Source: Nannocystales bacterium
GTDB lineage: Bacteria > Myxococcota_A > Polyangia > Nannocystales > Nannocystaceae
Direction of reading: 5' to 3'
DNA: 64,000 nt
Assembly (NCBI GenBank): GCA_050633305.1
Contig: JBOEGF010000043.1
Coordinates: forward strand, 1-64,000
The notes under the pieces are model-generated. The model saw nothing but the letters and a program-made list of their open reading frames with translations, did not search any database and had not been told where the DNA came from. Positions 48,445 to 58,625 of this stretch are shown here, in pieces. How positions within the stretch are numbered: position 1 is the first letter of the stretch; each line of letters starts with the position of its first letter. Position numbers and translations under genes: made by a program.

Positions 48445-49905
48445 ATGAAAATCAACAAGCGATTCGCGACTCTCTCTCTTGCTGCGTTCATCCTGGCCAC
48501 AGGCTGCGACGATGGCGCCGACAACGAGCGCACAGACGCCGAGGCCCAAAAAGCCGAAGACGACTCGCGCGAGGTCACCAAACTCTCGGGCCAACTGCTC
48601 GACACCGATGGCAACCCGATCGCGCACGCCGAGGTCTCGCTCGCCGTGGGTTCGGTCGAAGTGACCGCTCGAACGATGACCACGGCCGAGGGTCTGTATG
48701 CGGTCGATGTCCCCGTTGCGGTGGTCGACGAAGCCCGCGCCAACAGCCAGGAAGTTGCCGTCCTGTTCCACACCCCGACCAACGACCTCGAGCCCTACGG
48801 CACGGTCCAAGGCGACTACGTGCACTTGCTTCCAGCTTCGCTGGACGAGTTCATCAACATGGACGAGCTGGGTGCCGAAGAACTCGAGATGCGCGTGGCC
48901 TACGTGCCGCGTCAGGGCCAAGGGTTCAAGATCACCGACGAGCTCATCGAGAAGGGCGGCGTGTTGACCTGGTCCCCCGAGGGAACCCAGTACGGCGAGG
49001 ACTTCAGCGTCAGCCTCGTGATCGAGCCGGGCTCGATTCACAAGGGCCAAGACCGCCAGGACGAGATCACGCTGACCGTGCTCGAGCAGGCTGTCGCTCC
49101 GATGCAGATCCCCGAGGACGGGTTCGGCCCGCTGTGGACCATCCAGCCCCGCGACATCACGTTCGATCCCCCGGCCCGGATTCGCATCCAGGGCAACCGA
49201 CTTCCGGTGCTCGGCCCCAGCGACATGGAGGTTGGCCAAGAGACCGACCTCTACGGCGCGTCACTCGAGACCGGCTGGAAGTACTTCGGCGGCATCGAGA
49301 TGGTCGAGGACCGCGATGGCATCGTCACTCTCGAGTCGACCGAAGGCATCATCTCCCACGGAGCGTGGGGCCACGTGTTCGGTGCGTCAGGCTCGGACTG
49401 GGGCTTCCTCGCCGAGTGTTTCTCGTTCCCCGGAGAAGGCGAAGAGCCGTTCACCACGCGCATCCCGTGCGCCATCGTGGACGACAACCGTCAGTCTTGT
49501 AACGACCCGGCGACCCACACCGGGATCCTCAAGTGCGAGCAGATCGACTACAACGGCCAGCACGCGCGGGTCTACTCGACGGTGACGGAGCCCCGTTGCA
49601 ACGGCTGCGGTGGCGTCAACGCCCCCTACGTACTCGCCATGGGCGCCGACGACATCGGTGCTGGTGACCTGAGCTCGGTCGACTTGCGGCTCAAGGCGGT
49701 GGCTCTGTGCCCCGAAGAGACCACGATCACCGACATGGACGAGCTGTTCGCTTCGATCCGGGCACGACGTGGGCAGCAGGCGAGCAACCTCGCCGACCTG
49801 TACGATGTCGCCGAAGACTCGGTCGATGCAAACCTCGCGTGGCGCAACTTCTCCAAGCAGGCCAAGGTCCAGGTTCGGCCTCCAATCGGCTGCGCTGGCG
49901 AGTGA
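48445..49905 (+). CDS. Lipoprotein with carboxypeptidase-regulatory-like and ZU5-like domains
   Basis: SD aagggg; LATGC lipobox; LSGQLLDTDGNPIAHAEV; IQPRDITFDPPARIRI. Confidence 0.75.
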   Translation: MKINKRFATLSLAAFILATGCDDGADNERTDAEAQKAEDDSREVTKLSGQLLDTDGNPIAHAEVSLAVGSVEVTARTMTTAEGLYAVDVPVAVVDEARANSQEVAVLFHTPTNDLEPYGTVQGDYVHLLPASLDEFINMDELGAEELEMRVAYVPRQGQGFKITDELIEKGGVLTWSPEGTQYGEDFSVSLVIEPGSIHKGQDRQDEITLTVLEQAVAPMQIPEDGFGPLWTIQPRDITFDPPARIRIQGNRLPVLGPSDMEVGQETDLYGASLETGWKYFGGIEMVEDRDGIVTLESTEGIISHGAWGHVFGASGSDWGFLAECFSFPGEGEEPFTTRIPCAIVDDNRQSCNDPATHTGILKCEQIDYNGQHARVYSTVTEPRCNGCGGVNAPYVLAMGADDIGAGDLSSVDLRLKAVALCPEETTITDMDELFASIRARRGQQASNLADLYDVAEDSVDANLAWRNFSKQAKVQVRPPIGCAGE

Positions 49906-49909
49906 GCTG

Positions 49910-50458
49910 ATGCGACGGGGGACCTTCGATGTCCCGCAGCGCTCGAGGGTCGTCGCAGTCGCGGCGGCCCTCTTCGCGATGACGGGGTTCGGCTGTGACG
50001 GCGAGGCGATGACGCCGGCGAGCGAAGACGGCACGGGCAGCGGGGCACCGGTCCCCGCGTTTGATGGCGTGCTGGAGTTGGGTTCATTCTCGGAGGCTCG
50101 AACGTTCGTGCCCTACGAGGGCGGCGAGGAGGAACTCGTCGAACAGGGCCTGCAGGGCGGGTTTCACATCTTCGTCGACGGTCGACTACGGCCGGACTCG
50201 GAGCTCACGGAGGTTGTGGTCGAGCTTGTGGTCACGGCGGTGGCCGACGGGTCCGAGGTCACGCGTATTCGCCACCAGCGGACGCCCGACATCCCAGACT
50301 CTCAGGGCTGGCCGACGCTCCCCGAGATGATCATCTTCATCCCCGATCCGGAGGTTGTCGAAGACCAAGATGTCGTCCTCGACGTCTCTCTGGAGGCTAT
50401 CGACGGCACGCTGCTGGATGTGGTCGACACCCAGCTGCACCTGGGCGCCGACTACTGA
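49910..50458 (+). CDS. Hypothetical lipoprotein
   Basis: GFGC lipobox; GLQGGFHI motif typical of myxobacterial hypotheticals. Confidence 0.7.
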   Translation: MRRGTFDVPQRSRVVAVAAALFAMTGFGCDGEAMTPASEDGTGSGAPVPAFDGVLELGSFSEARTFVPYEGGEEELVEQGLQGGFHIFVDGRLRPDSELTEVVVELVVTAVADGSEVTRIRHQRTPDIPDSQGWPTLPEMIIFIPDPEVVEDQDVVLDVSLEAIDGTLLDVVDTQLHLGADY

Positions 50459-50465
50459 GACGCGC

Positions 50466-52571
50466 TTACTCGCGACGCCGCCGAACCCACTGCACGCCCG
50501 GGAGGCGCTCGAGTTTGCCCAGGACCCGCAGAAGCTGGGCGTTGTCCCGCACCTGCAAGGTCAAGTCGAACTGCGCCGCACCCATGTCGTCGCTGCGGAC
50601 CGATGTGTCGGTGAGGTTCACGCCTTCGCCGGACACGCCGTCCGCCACGTCGCGCAACAGGCCAGGACGGTCGTGGGCCACCAGCTGTACACGGACGGGG
50701 AAGCGACTTCCGCGGCCGGTACCCCAGGACAGCTCCATCCAGCGGTCGGGCTCTGCGGACCCGCGCACGTTGGGGCAGTCGCTACGGTGGATGACGATGC
50801 CACGTCCTCGGCTGATGTAGCCGATGACAGCATCGCCGGGGACCGGCTTGCAGCAGTTGGCCGGTCGGCTGAGCACGTCATCGACCCCGGCCACGTTGAC
50901 CGATGTGGAGACTGGACCCTTCGGCGCGCTGGAGATTGGAAGCTCAACCTCCTCCGGCTTGGGTTCGAGCTCCAGCACGCGCTGGCCCACGCTGCGCGCG
51001 TTGATGTCACCGAAGCCGAGCTTGGCCAGGAAATCGTCGGTCTCCAGGTCGTACAGTGCCGCGACATCGTCGACCTTGCGGCCTTCGACGCCGAGCCGAC
51101 CAAGCTCGCGCTCGACGATCTCTCGGCCAGAGGCGATCGATTCGTCCCGCTGCTGGGCCCGGAAGTGCTGCCGAATCTTCTGCTTGGCGCTGGCCGTGTG
51201 CACCAACCCCTCGTGAGGGCTGAGCCAGTCGCGGCTGGGACCTCCGGTCTTGGTCGTAATGATCTCGACCTTGTCGCCGGTTCGCAGGTTGTAGTCCAAC
51301 GGGACGATCTGTCCGCCGACCTTGGCGCCACGACATCGGTGCCCAACCTGCGTGTGTACGCGGTAGGCAAAGTCGATCGGGGTCGCACCGATGGGAAGAT
51401 CGATGACCGCGCCCGCGGGGGTGAACACGTAGATCTGGTCCGCGAAGATGTCGGTCTTGAGCGAGTGAGCGACGTCGTGGGGATCGGTGACGCCCTTCTG
51501 CCACTCCATCAGCTGGCGGACCCAGTTGATCTTCTCGTCGAAGCGGCGGTCGGCCTTCTTGGCTTCTTTGTAGCGCCAGTGCGCGGCGACCCCGTTCTCG
51601 TTGTACTCGTGCATCTCTTGGGTCCGAATCTGGACCTCGAGCGGGCGTTGGTCCGGGCCGAACACCGCGGTGTGCAGGGAGCGGTAGAAGTTCTCCTTGG
51701 GCTTGGCGATGTAGTCGTCGAACTCGCCGTCGATCGGCGTCCACTGAGCGTGGACCATGCCCAGGACCGCGTAACACTCGGCGACTTCGGAGACGATGAC
51801 CCGTACCGCGGAGACGTCGTAGATTTCCTCGAAGCCGACCTTCTTGCGGCGCATCTTCTTGAAGATGCTGTAGATGTGCTTGGGACGACCCGAGACAGTG
51901 GCCTCGATGCCGGCCTCGGCGACCTTCTCTTGCAGCAGATCGATGACCTGGGCGATGCCTTCGGTTCGTTCCTTGCGCTTGCTGGCCAGCAGCGACTTGA
52001 TGTCTTGGAAGGTGTCGGGCTCGAGCCACTTGAACGCGAGGTCTTCGAGCTCCCATTTGAGCTGCCAGATTCCCAAGCGGTTCGCCAGTGGAGCGTAGAC
52101 CTCCATCGCCTCCGACGCGATCGCATGTTGGTTTTCGGGCGTCTCCGCCTTGAGCCGTCGTAGCCGGTGCACACGACCCGCGAGGGCCAGAAGGACGACC
52201 CGCAGGTCGGAGGCCATCGACAGGAACATCTTGCGGAGGCTCTCGGCTGCCTCATCCTCGAGGTGGCTCCACTGGACTTGTCCGAGCCTCTGCACACCGT
52301 CGATGAGCCCGAGGATCTCCGCTGACACGTCGGGAGGGAAACGACCGCGCGGGCCGCCACACAGAAGCGCCGCCGCCAACGCAGAGCCGTCCAGTCGCAG
52401 GCCGACGAGGACCTCGAGGGTGTCGACGGCTCGCACGCCGTGTTCGGGATCATCGAGATCGCGAAGCCACTGGGCGTACTCCTGCAGGCACTGGATCTCC
52501 GCAGGGTCGCGGTCCGTGCTCGCGGAGCCCAGCGCCGTCTCGAGTCGTTCTTGCCAAGATGCTTCGCTCAT
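50466..52571 (-). CDS. relA: Long RelA/SpoT homologue with degenerate hydrolase domain
   Basis: YAPLANRLGI, GRPKHIYSI, EFDDYIAKPK..YRSLHT, EVQIRT, AAHWRYKE, TGS and ACT domains. Confidence 0.93.
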   Translation of the reverse strand: MSEASWQERLETALGSASTDRDPAEIQCLQEYAQWLRDLDDPEHGVRAVDTLEVLVGLRLDGSALAAALLCGGPRGRFPPDVSAEILGLIDGVQRLGQVQWSHLEDEAAESLRKMFLSMASDLRVVLLALAGRVHRLRRLKAETPENQHAIASEAMEVYAPLANRLGIWQLKWELEDLAFKWLEPDTFQDIKSLLASKRKERTEGIAQVIDLLQEKVAEAGIEATVSGRPKHIYSIFKKMRRKKVGFEEIYDVSAVRVIVSEVAECYAVLGMVHAQWTPIDGEFDDYIAKPKENFYRSLHTAVFGPDQRPLEVQIRTQEMHEYNENGVAAHWRYKEAKKADRRFDEKINWVRQLMEWQKGVTDPHDVAHSLKTDIFADQIYVFTPAGAVIDLPIGATPIDFAYRVHTQVGHRCRGAKVGGQIVPLDYNLRTGDKVEIITTKTGGPSRDWLSPHEGLVHTASAKQKIRQHFRAQQRDESIASGREIVERELGRLGVEGRKVDDVAALYDLETDDFLAKLGFGDINARSVGQRVLELEPKPEEVELPISSAPKGPVSTSVNVAGVDDVLSRPANCCKPVPGDAVIGYISRGRGIVIHRSDCPNVRGSAEPDRWMELSWGTGRGSRFPVRVQLVAHDRPGLLRDVADGVSGEGVNLTDTSVRSDDMGAAQFDLTLQVRDNAQLLRVLGKLERLPGVQWVRRRRE

Positions 52572-52573
52572 CG

Positions 52574-53779
52574 TCAGCCTCCTGAGGCCAGTGCTGCAGC
52601 ATCGGCACCGGGCGGGGTCGGGTCTTCGAGGTCATCGAGAAAGCCGTCCGGCAATGCGACCTTTTGGGTCCCCGCGGTTTTCCCTCGTGGAACCCGCATC
52701 GAACGCGGAGGGAAAGGCTCATCCTTGGGTAGCGCCTCGAGCACGTCGCGAAGCTCGGAGAGCGTCGAAGACTGCATGATGGCCTGCCGGGCGCGAGCGC
52801 TGCCGCGAAACCCTTTCGTGTACCAGGTCGCGTGCTTGCGGAACATGCGGACGCCAGCGGTTTCATCGAACCACTCGATGAGTCGCTGGACATGCTCGAG
52901 CATCACCTCGACGATCTCTCCGAGCTGTGGCGGGTTGGGCGGAGCGCGTCCTTCGAAGACTTCGGCCAGGTCCCGGAACAGCCAGGGGCGACCCAGGCAG
53001 CCTCGTCCGACGACCACACCGTCGCAACCGGTCGTCCTCATCATGCGAAGCGCATCCTCGGCCTCCCAGATGTCGCCATTGCCCAGCACCGGAATGCTGG
53101 TGACAGCCTGCTTGAGGTTCGCGATCGCTTCCCAGCGCGCGGTCCCGTCGTAGAGCTGGGCGGCCGTGCGTGCGTGAAGAGCCACCGCGGCGCAGCCCTC
53201 GTCTTCACCGATACGGCCGGCGTCGAGGTAGCTGAGGTACTGGTCGTTGATGCCCATCCGGAACTTGATGGTCACCGGGATGTCCTCGCTCGCCCCGACC
53301 GCGGCCCGCACGATGCTGCGCAGCAGGTTCGGCTTGACCGGAATCGCGGCGCCGCCCCCTTTGCTGGTGACCTTGCGGACCGGGCATCCGAAGTTCATGT
53401 CGATGTGATCGACGCGTCCTTCGGCGACGAGACGCTTGACCGCTTCGGAGACGAAGTAGGGGTCGACCCCGTAGACTTGCAGGCTGCGTGGGGCCTCATC
53501 GGGCCCGAAGTCGGCCAGCTTTAGGGTCTTGCGGTTGCCCATGACCAGCGGCCGGGCTGTGATCATTTCACTGACGTACAGTCCTCGAACCGCGCCCGCG
53601 TCGACCCCGCCAAGGAACCGTCGACAGATGGCACGAAACGGGTAGTTCGTGACCCCGGCCATGGGGGCCAAGACCACGGGCGGCCATACCCGTAGGGGGC
53701 CGAGCTCAAGCGGCTCAAACTCGCCGTCTTGAGCAGGGGGGACATCCGCGTTGATCGGGCTGCGGTAGACCGCGTCCAT
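52574..53779 (-). CDS. dusB: tRNA-dihydrouridine synthase B
   Basis: VLAPMAGVT, DMNFGCPV, HARTA, GNGDI, GRGCLGRPW. Confidence 0.93.
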   Translation of the reverse strand: MDAVYRSPINADVPPAQDGEFEPLELGPLRVWPPVVLAPMAGVTNYPFRAICRRFLGGVDAGAVRGLYVSEMITARPLVMGNRKTLKLADFGPDEAPRSLQVYGVDPYFVSEAVKRLVAEGRVDHIDMNFGCPVRKVTSKGGGAAIPVKPNLLRSIVRAAVGASEDIPVTIKFRMGINDQYLSYLDAGRIGEDEGCAAVALHARTAAQLYDGTARWEAIANLKQAVTSIPVLGNGDIWEAEDALRMMRTTGCDGVVVGRGCLGRPWLFRDLAEVFEGRAPPNPPQLGEIVEVMLEHVQRLIEWFDETAGVRMFRKHATWYTKGFRGSARARQAIMQSSTLSELRDVLEALPKDEPFPPRSMRVPRGKTAGTQKVALPDGFLDDLEDPTPPGADAAALASGG

Positions 53780-53877
53780 GGGGGCTCGGGATACCACGAC
53801 CCAGCCCCGGGGTCCCGTCCGCATCCCCGCCGCACGTGCCGGATTTTTCGTCCCCGAAGCGGTTTCTGATATGGGCG

Positions 53878-55356
53878 ATGACAGTGCCCCGAAAGCGGAC
53901 CAAGCGAAGCTCGACCGCGCCTGCGCGGCGCCCCCGGGCTGCTCGCACCGCGAAGGGCAACCGCAAGACGTCGGGGACCAAGCGGAAAGCGAAGGCCCCG
54001 CGCGAGCTGGAGCCCGAGCAGCGACGAGCGCGCAATCGAACCATCCTCGCGATGGCGATTTTGGCGCTGGTCAACGCGTACGTGTTTGTCTGGAACGAGG
54101 ACGGCCTGTTCAGCGGGATGGGCTCGCTCCAGGCGGCTTCCATCGAGGGCCGCAAAGGGCCGCTGCCTCCTCGCGCCGCACCGGTGGACAACGCATGCGG
54201 CGGCGACCCCGTTCGCGTCTTCGAGGGGCTTACGGACCTGATCCGGCTCGACACATCGCTGCGCGGCGGGGCGACCCTCCGACTCGCGCTGCTCTCGTTG
54301 GGAACGCCGGGCGAGCACATCGACGAGCTCGAGGCCGCCGTCCGCTCGAAGGTCGACCTGGGCATGCTGGGGGGAAGCGGTGCACCGCTTCGCATCGCAG
54401 CCGATCGGACCGGAGGCGTGCATGCACTGGAGATCGAGCTGGCTGAAGGACGGGTCCTGCAGGCCTGTCGCGCCGATGAGGGGTTTGAGGTGCGAAACCT
54501 CCAGCATCCGCACCGTGCGGACGTCGAAGTGCTGTCCTTCGAGTTGGGTGACGACGCCGACTTGGCGAGCGCGGTCGTCGAAGCCGGGGAGAAGCCCGAG
54601 CTCGCGACGCTCCTGGGCGAGACACTCGCGAGTGACGTGGACCTTTTAACCGAGGTCCGTCCGCACGACAAGATCGAGGTCATGGTCGAGAAGCGGTATC
54701 TCGGCCGCCACTTCCACCGTTATGGGTCCGTGCTTGCGGTCGCGTTCCGCGGCGCGGTTCGTCGGGTCGCGTACTTTCGGTACAAGCCTCCCGGACAGGA
54801 CTCCGCGTTTTTCGACTCCGACGGGAAGACCGTCGAGCGGGCGATGCTTCGAAGTCCCGTCTCGTACTTCTCGGTCGGCCAGGGCGCGCGAGGATTGCTG
54901 CCGCCTTCGGTCGAGATCATCGAGGGACGGCTGGGGTCCGTGTACCGGCTGCCTGAAGGCACGCCATTGGTCGCGATCGGAGACGGTACGATCGTGGACG
55001 CTGGCGAGACTCGCAAGGAGGGGCGCTTCTTCGACCTCCAGCTTCACGACGGGACGATTGCGCGCTACTGCCACTTGGGCCGTTTCATCGGCAACATCGA
55101 GGAGGGCGCTCGCCTTTCGACCGGCGACATCGTCGGTCTGTCCGGACATTCGGGGCGGACCCCCAACGACCGACTCCGACTCGAGCTCTGGGTCGAGCGG
55201 GACGGCGTGCTGTCAACCATCGACCCGCTGCGCCTCACCGGCGAGGGGCAAGCTCGGGCGGCGAGGGTGGGCATGCCCATCGCGGATGAGGACCGTGAGC
55301 GGTTCGACGAAGACATCGCACCCCAGCGACGAGCGCTCAAAGCCGCACGTCGCTAG
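53878..55356 (+). CDS. Membrane-anchored M23 (MepM/Csd-like) protein, probably catalytically inactive
   Basis: Basic N-terminus and TM helix; PEGTPLVAIGDGTI, YCHL, GDIVGLSGHSGRT; Zn-ligand motifs missing. Confidence 0.8.
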   Translation: MTVPRKRTKRSSTAPARRPRAARTAKGNRKTSGTKRKAKAPRELEPEQRRARNRTILAMAILALVNAYVFVWNEDGLFSGMGSLQAASIEGRKGPLPPRAAPVDNACGGDPVRVFEGLTDLIRLDTSLRGGATLRLALLSLGTPGEHIDELEAAVRSKVDLGMLGGSGAPLRIAADRTGGVHALEIELAEGRVLQACRADEGFEVRNLQHPHRADVEVLSFELGDDADLASAVVEAGEKPELATLLGETLASDVDLLTEVRPHDKIEVMVEKRYLGRHFHRYGSVLAVAFRGAVRRVAYFRYKPPGQDSAFFDSDGKTVERAMLRSPVSYFSVGQGARGLLPPSVEIIEGRLGSVYRLPEGTPLVAIGDGTIVDAGETRKEGRFFDLQLHDGTIARYCHLGRFIGNIEEGARLSTGDIVGLSGHSGRTPNDRLRLELWVERDGVLSTIDPLRLTGEGQARAARVGMPIADEDRERFDEDIAPQRRALKAARR

Positions 55357-55415
55357 GTGTTGAGTCCCGCTGCGGACTGCGGGGCTCGTCACTCGTGTGC
55401 GCCCTTCGGGGACGC

Positions 55416-56087
55416 TCAGTCGTTCTCGCAGAACTGGCCGCCGTGGTCACAGTGGTAGCCCGGCCAGGCAGCGCAGTCGTCGTCGTTGTTGTTGCATGGG
55501 AACAAGCAGTATCCGTGCTCACAGCCCATGTCGCTCTGTGGGCAGTCGTCGACATCGTCGCAGGGAACCATGCAGGTGTTGAGGCACTCGGCGGCGGTGC
55601 AACATTCCTGGTCGTCGTCCTCCGAGCAGTCGTCGTCGCCGGCACAGGCCATCCCAAGGGGGTCGTCCGGGTCCCCTCCGGTGGATGTCGAACTGCTGGA
55701 GCTGGAACTGGAACTGGAACTGGAACTGGAACTGGAACTCGAACTCGAACTGTCGGAGGCCGAACCTCCGCCGGTTGTCGTCTCATCGACCGTGGTTTGC
55801 GACTCGCCGCTCCCCTCCGCGGCCGCGCTCGTGGATGAGGCCGAGGTCGTCGAGGTGGATCCGCCGGATGAGGATGCGGACGAGGATGCGGATGCGGAGT
55901 CCGAAGCTCCGGTGGCTGCTGAGGGGTCCGCCGAATCGCCGGCGGTACCTGAACCGCTCGCGGACTCGGCCACCGTTTCCGTTCCACTGTCCGACTCGCC
56001 GCTTGCCCCGACGAAGGTCGTGCACCCCGTCAACGTAACGCACAGCATCCCAGCGAGACACGCGACGGGGCGACAAGCCAACACCAT
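55416..56087 (-). CDS. Ser/Thr-rich lipoprotein with Cys-rich C-terminus
   Basis: TLTGC lipobox; poly-Ser tract; Cys/Asp-rich end. Confidence 0.75.
   Translation of the reverse strand: MVLACRPVACLAGMLCVTLTGCTTFVGASGESDSGTETVAESASGSGTAGDSADPSAATGASDSASASSSASSSGGSTSTTSASSTSAAAEGSGESQTTVDETTTGGGSASDSSSSSSSSSSSSSSSSSSSSSTSTGGDPDDPLGMACAGDDDCSEDDDQECCTAAECLNTCMVPCDDVDDCPQSDMGCEHGYCLFPCNNNDDDCAAWPGYHCDHGGQFCEND
55696..55751. repeat. Hexanucleotide tandem repeat (ctggaa/ctcgaa)n encoding poly-Ser
   Basis: ctggagctggaactggaactggaactggaactggaactggaactcgaactcgaact. Confidence 0.9.
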
Positions 56088-56150
56088 ACGGACGAGTTTA
56101 GGGGCGTGGTGGTCAACCGGGCAATGCGGGGCCGGTTGACCTCGCGGCGC

Positions 56151-57065
56151 TCAGGAGAACATGCCTTCGCTCAGGTCTCCCCCGGTCGGGAACGAGCTGA
56201 GCAATCGGTCGCGGAACAAGGTTACGTGGGCAGGGACGTGCCGGGTCGACGGGTAGACGAGGTGTAGAGGGCTGGTCTCCATCGACACCTCAGGGAGGAC
56301 CGACGCCAGCAGGCCGCGGGCGAGAGCCTGTTGGCCGGGGACTTCTGGCAGCAACGCGATGCCGCCCCCCGCGATCGCGACGCGGCGGACGAACACGAGG
56401 GAGTTGCCGTTGATGCTGCCGCGAACCTCGACGCACTGCTCGCCCTCGGGGGTCGACAGCGTCCAGTTGCAGGCACCGTTGCGGCTACGGAACAGCACGC
56501 ACGCGTGTTGTGCCAGATCCGCCACCGCACGCGGGGTTCCGGCCCGCTCGAGGTATGCGGGCGAGGCGAACAGCCGGAAGGGCGTGTTGCGGAGCTTGCG
56601 AATGACGAGCGAAGAGTCGGGCTGCGGTCCGCCGACGATCGCAAGGTCGAACCCCTCGTCCACCAGGTTGGCCGTGCCCGCGGTGACCTCGACGTCCACG
56701 CGGATGCCCGGGTGTTCGAGGACGAATTGGGACACGAACTCCGGGAGCGCTTCGGAGGCGACGCCCGCCGGCGCACTGAGCCGGACGGTGCCAGTTTCGG
56801 CGTTCTGGTTCGCGCGGTTCGAAGCGGTGACGAGCGTCCCAAGGGGTCCGGAGACTTCGGAGTAGTAGGCCGTGCCCGCGTCGGTGAGGACGGAGGCGCG
56901 CGAGGTTCGTTGCATCAGTCGTTGACCAAGGTGGTCCTCGAGCCGCGAGATGCATCGGCTGACGGAGGACTTTGCGACCCCCAGTCGGCTCGCCGCGGCG
57001 GTGAAGCTGCCCGTCTCGACGACATGCGCGAACACCAGGATGTCGTTGAGATTCACGGACTCCAT
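56151..57065 (-). CDS. LysR-family transcriptional regulator (CrgA-like)
   Basis: FAHVVETGSFTAAASRLG..KSSVSR.ISRLE..LGQRL.QRTSR; LVDEGFDLAI. Confidence 0.96.
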   Translation of the reverse strand: MESVNLNDILVFAHVVETGSFTAAASRLGVAKSSVSRCISRLEDHLGQRLMQRTSRASVLTDAGTAYYSEVSGPLGTLVTASNRANQNAETGTVRLSAPAGVASEALPEFVSQFVLEHPGIRVDVEVTAGTANLVDEGFDLAIVGGPQPDSSLVIRKLRNTPFRLFASPAYLERAGTPRAVADLAQHACVLFRSRNGACNWTLSTPEGEQCVEVRGSINGNSLVFVRRVAIAGGGIALLPEVPGQQALARGLLASVLPEVSMETSPLHLVYPSTRHVPAHVTLFRDRLLSSFPTGGDLSEGMFS

Positions 57066-57192
57066 GGTCCCCCCATCGTACCCGCACCCCCGGGCCTCCC
57101 GGGTCCGCCGGAGCGTTGCGATGTGGGAACCCTTCGTTCCTGGATTTCGCATGGAGCGAGTGGGCCGCACCACCTACACCGAACTCCAAGAC

Positions 57193-58299
57193 ATGTTCAC
57201 ACCGCCCCGAATCCTGTGCGTCTGCCTGTTTCTCGCCACTGCTTGCCAAGACCCTGCGGAGTCCGGATTGGAGGACTCAGACGGCACGGGGTTCGTCGAA
57301 GAGACTCAGGGGGCGGACGAGACGGGGGACGTTCCCCCGGGCGCCCCCGACTTTCCAGTCTACGTCCAGCCTTCGCTGCAATGTCGGCCGCCGCTCGCCG
57401 GGGAGCCGGACGGCGCATCGCCGGGCGGGGATGTGTGCACCTGGGAATCGATCGCCGGGGCGACCGAAGAGGGGCGTCGGTTTCGCGACTATGCCAGCTG
57501 TGAGGTGGTTCGAACCCAGCGCCCGTACTATCCGGTCCCTCCGGCTGCGACCTACGGGGAGCCCGATTCTCGTATGGAGGACCCGAGCTACGTTTCTGAG
57601 CTGGACTGGGTGCGTGCGCAGATCGACGCCTCGGGGTGCTCGTGTTGTCACTCGTCTGATGCTCCCGAGGGCCCGGTTCGCTGGTCAGTCGACCGACCGG
57701 GACAATGGGTCTCTGCGATGAACGACCGGGACGTCGCGGCGCTGGCAGACTGGCTCGATACCAGTATGTTCGGTCGCTACCCACCTGCGCTGAACAACGG
57801 CTTCACCCGCGAGTTCGGGTTGCCTTCGACCGACCCCGCCCGGGCGGTCGCGTTCTTTGAAGATGAGCTGGCCAGGCGGGGGTTGCAGCGCTCCGACTTC
57901 GCGGATGAGCCTCCGACGGGAGGTCCGCTTCTCGAGCAAGCGGCGTTCGTCCCAGGCGCATGTGGACCTGAAGAGGGGGTGACCTCGGACGGCGCCGTAC
58001 TGTGGAGCGGAGGACCCGCGCGCTACCTCTACGTTCTGCGCCCCGGAAGCGACAACCCGACTGTACCGCCGAACCTCGACCTTCCCGAGGGGACGCTGTG
58101 GCGGATCGATGTGCCGCACGCGGGGGTCCCCGTCGAACCCGGTGCGGTGCAGTTCGGTGTGGTCCCCGACGGGCTGTCTCAACGCCACCCGAGCCAAGGT
58201 GCACCCGCAGCGCTCGTCGCCGGTGAGGACTACTACCTCTATGTGGCGCGAGACGTGGTGCAGCCCATCACCCGGTGCTTGTTCACCTACGAGGGCTGA
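57193..58299 (+). CDS. Hypothetical lipoprotein with a CxxCH motif
   Basis: LATAC lipobox; GCSCCHS; divergent from the LysR gene. Confidence 0.75.
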   Translation: MFTPPRILCVCLFLATACQDPAESGLEDSDGTGFVEETQGADETGDVPPGAPDFPVYVQPSLQCRPPLAGEPDGASPGGDVCTWESIAGATEEGRRFRDYASCEVVRTQRPYYPVPPAATYGEPDSRMEDPSYVSELDWVRAQIDASGCSCCHSSDAPEGPVRWSVDRPGQWVSAMNDRDVAALADWLDTSMFGRYPPALNNGFTREFGLPSTDPARAVAFFEDELARRGLQRSDFADEPPTGGPLLEQAAFVPGACGPEEGVTSDGAVLWSGGPARYLYVLRPGSDNPTVPPNLDLPEGTLWRIDVPHAGVPVEPGAVQFGVVPDGLSQRHPSQGAPAALVAGEDYYLYVARDVVQPITRCLFTYEG

Positions 58300-58336
58300 G
58301 CCGCGCACCGACGGCGGAGGCGATGTACCCTCCGGC

Positions 58337-58585
58337 ATGGCTCAACGCGTCGAGAGGGTGCAGACCGGAGTTCGGATGGAGAAGCGGTTGGTCAAGGTGC
58401 TCAAGGCCGTGGCCGAGTACCACGACATGTCCCTCGGAGACTTGCTCGAGGGTATCGTTCTCCATGCCTTCGAGGGCAAGTGTGCGTTCGATGCCGGCTC
58501 TCAAGAGCGGATCGCGACGCTGGCCGAAGTCTACGAGTTGGATCTGACCGCGGCCGACAGTCATCGGCTCGTCGAGTCCGGATGA
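58337..58585 (+). CDS. Small conserved protein, possible ribbon-helix-helix DNA-binding fold
   Basis: VQTGVRMEKRLVKVLKAVAEYHDMSLGDLLEGIV shows a strand-helix-helix pattern. Confidence 0.75.
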   Translation: MAQRVERVQTGVRMEKRLVKVLKAVAEYHDMSLGDLLEGIVLHAFEGKCAFDAGSQERIATLAEVYELDLTAADSHRLVESG

Positions 58586-58625
58586 GGGAACGGCCGCGAG
58601 GTGGACATTGGCGACGGGGTTGTTG

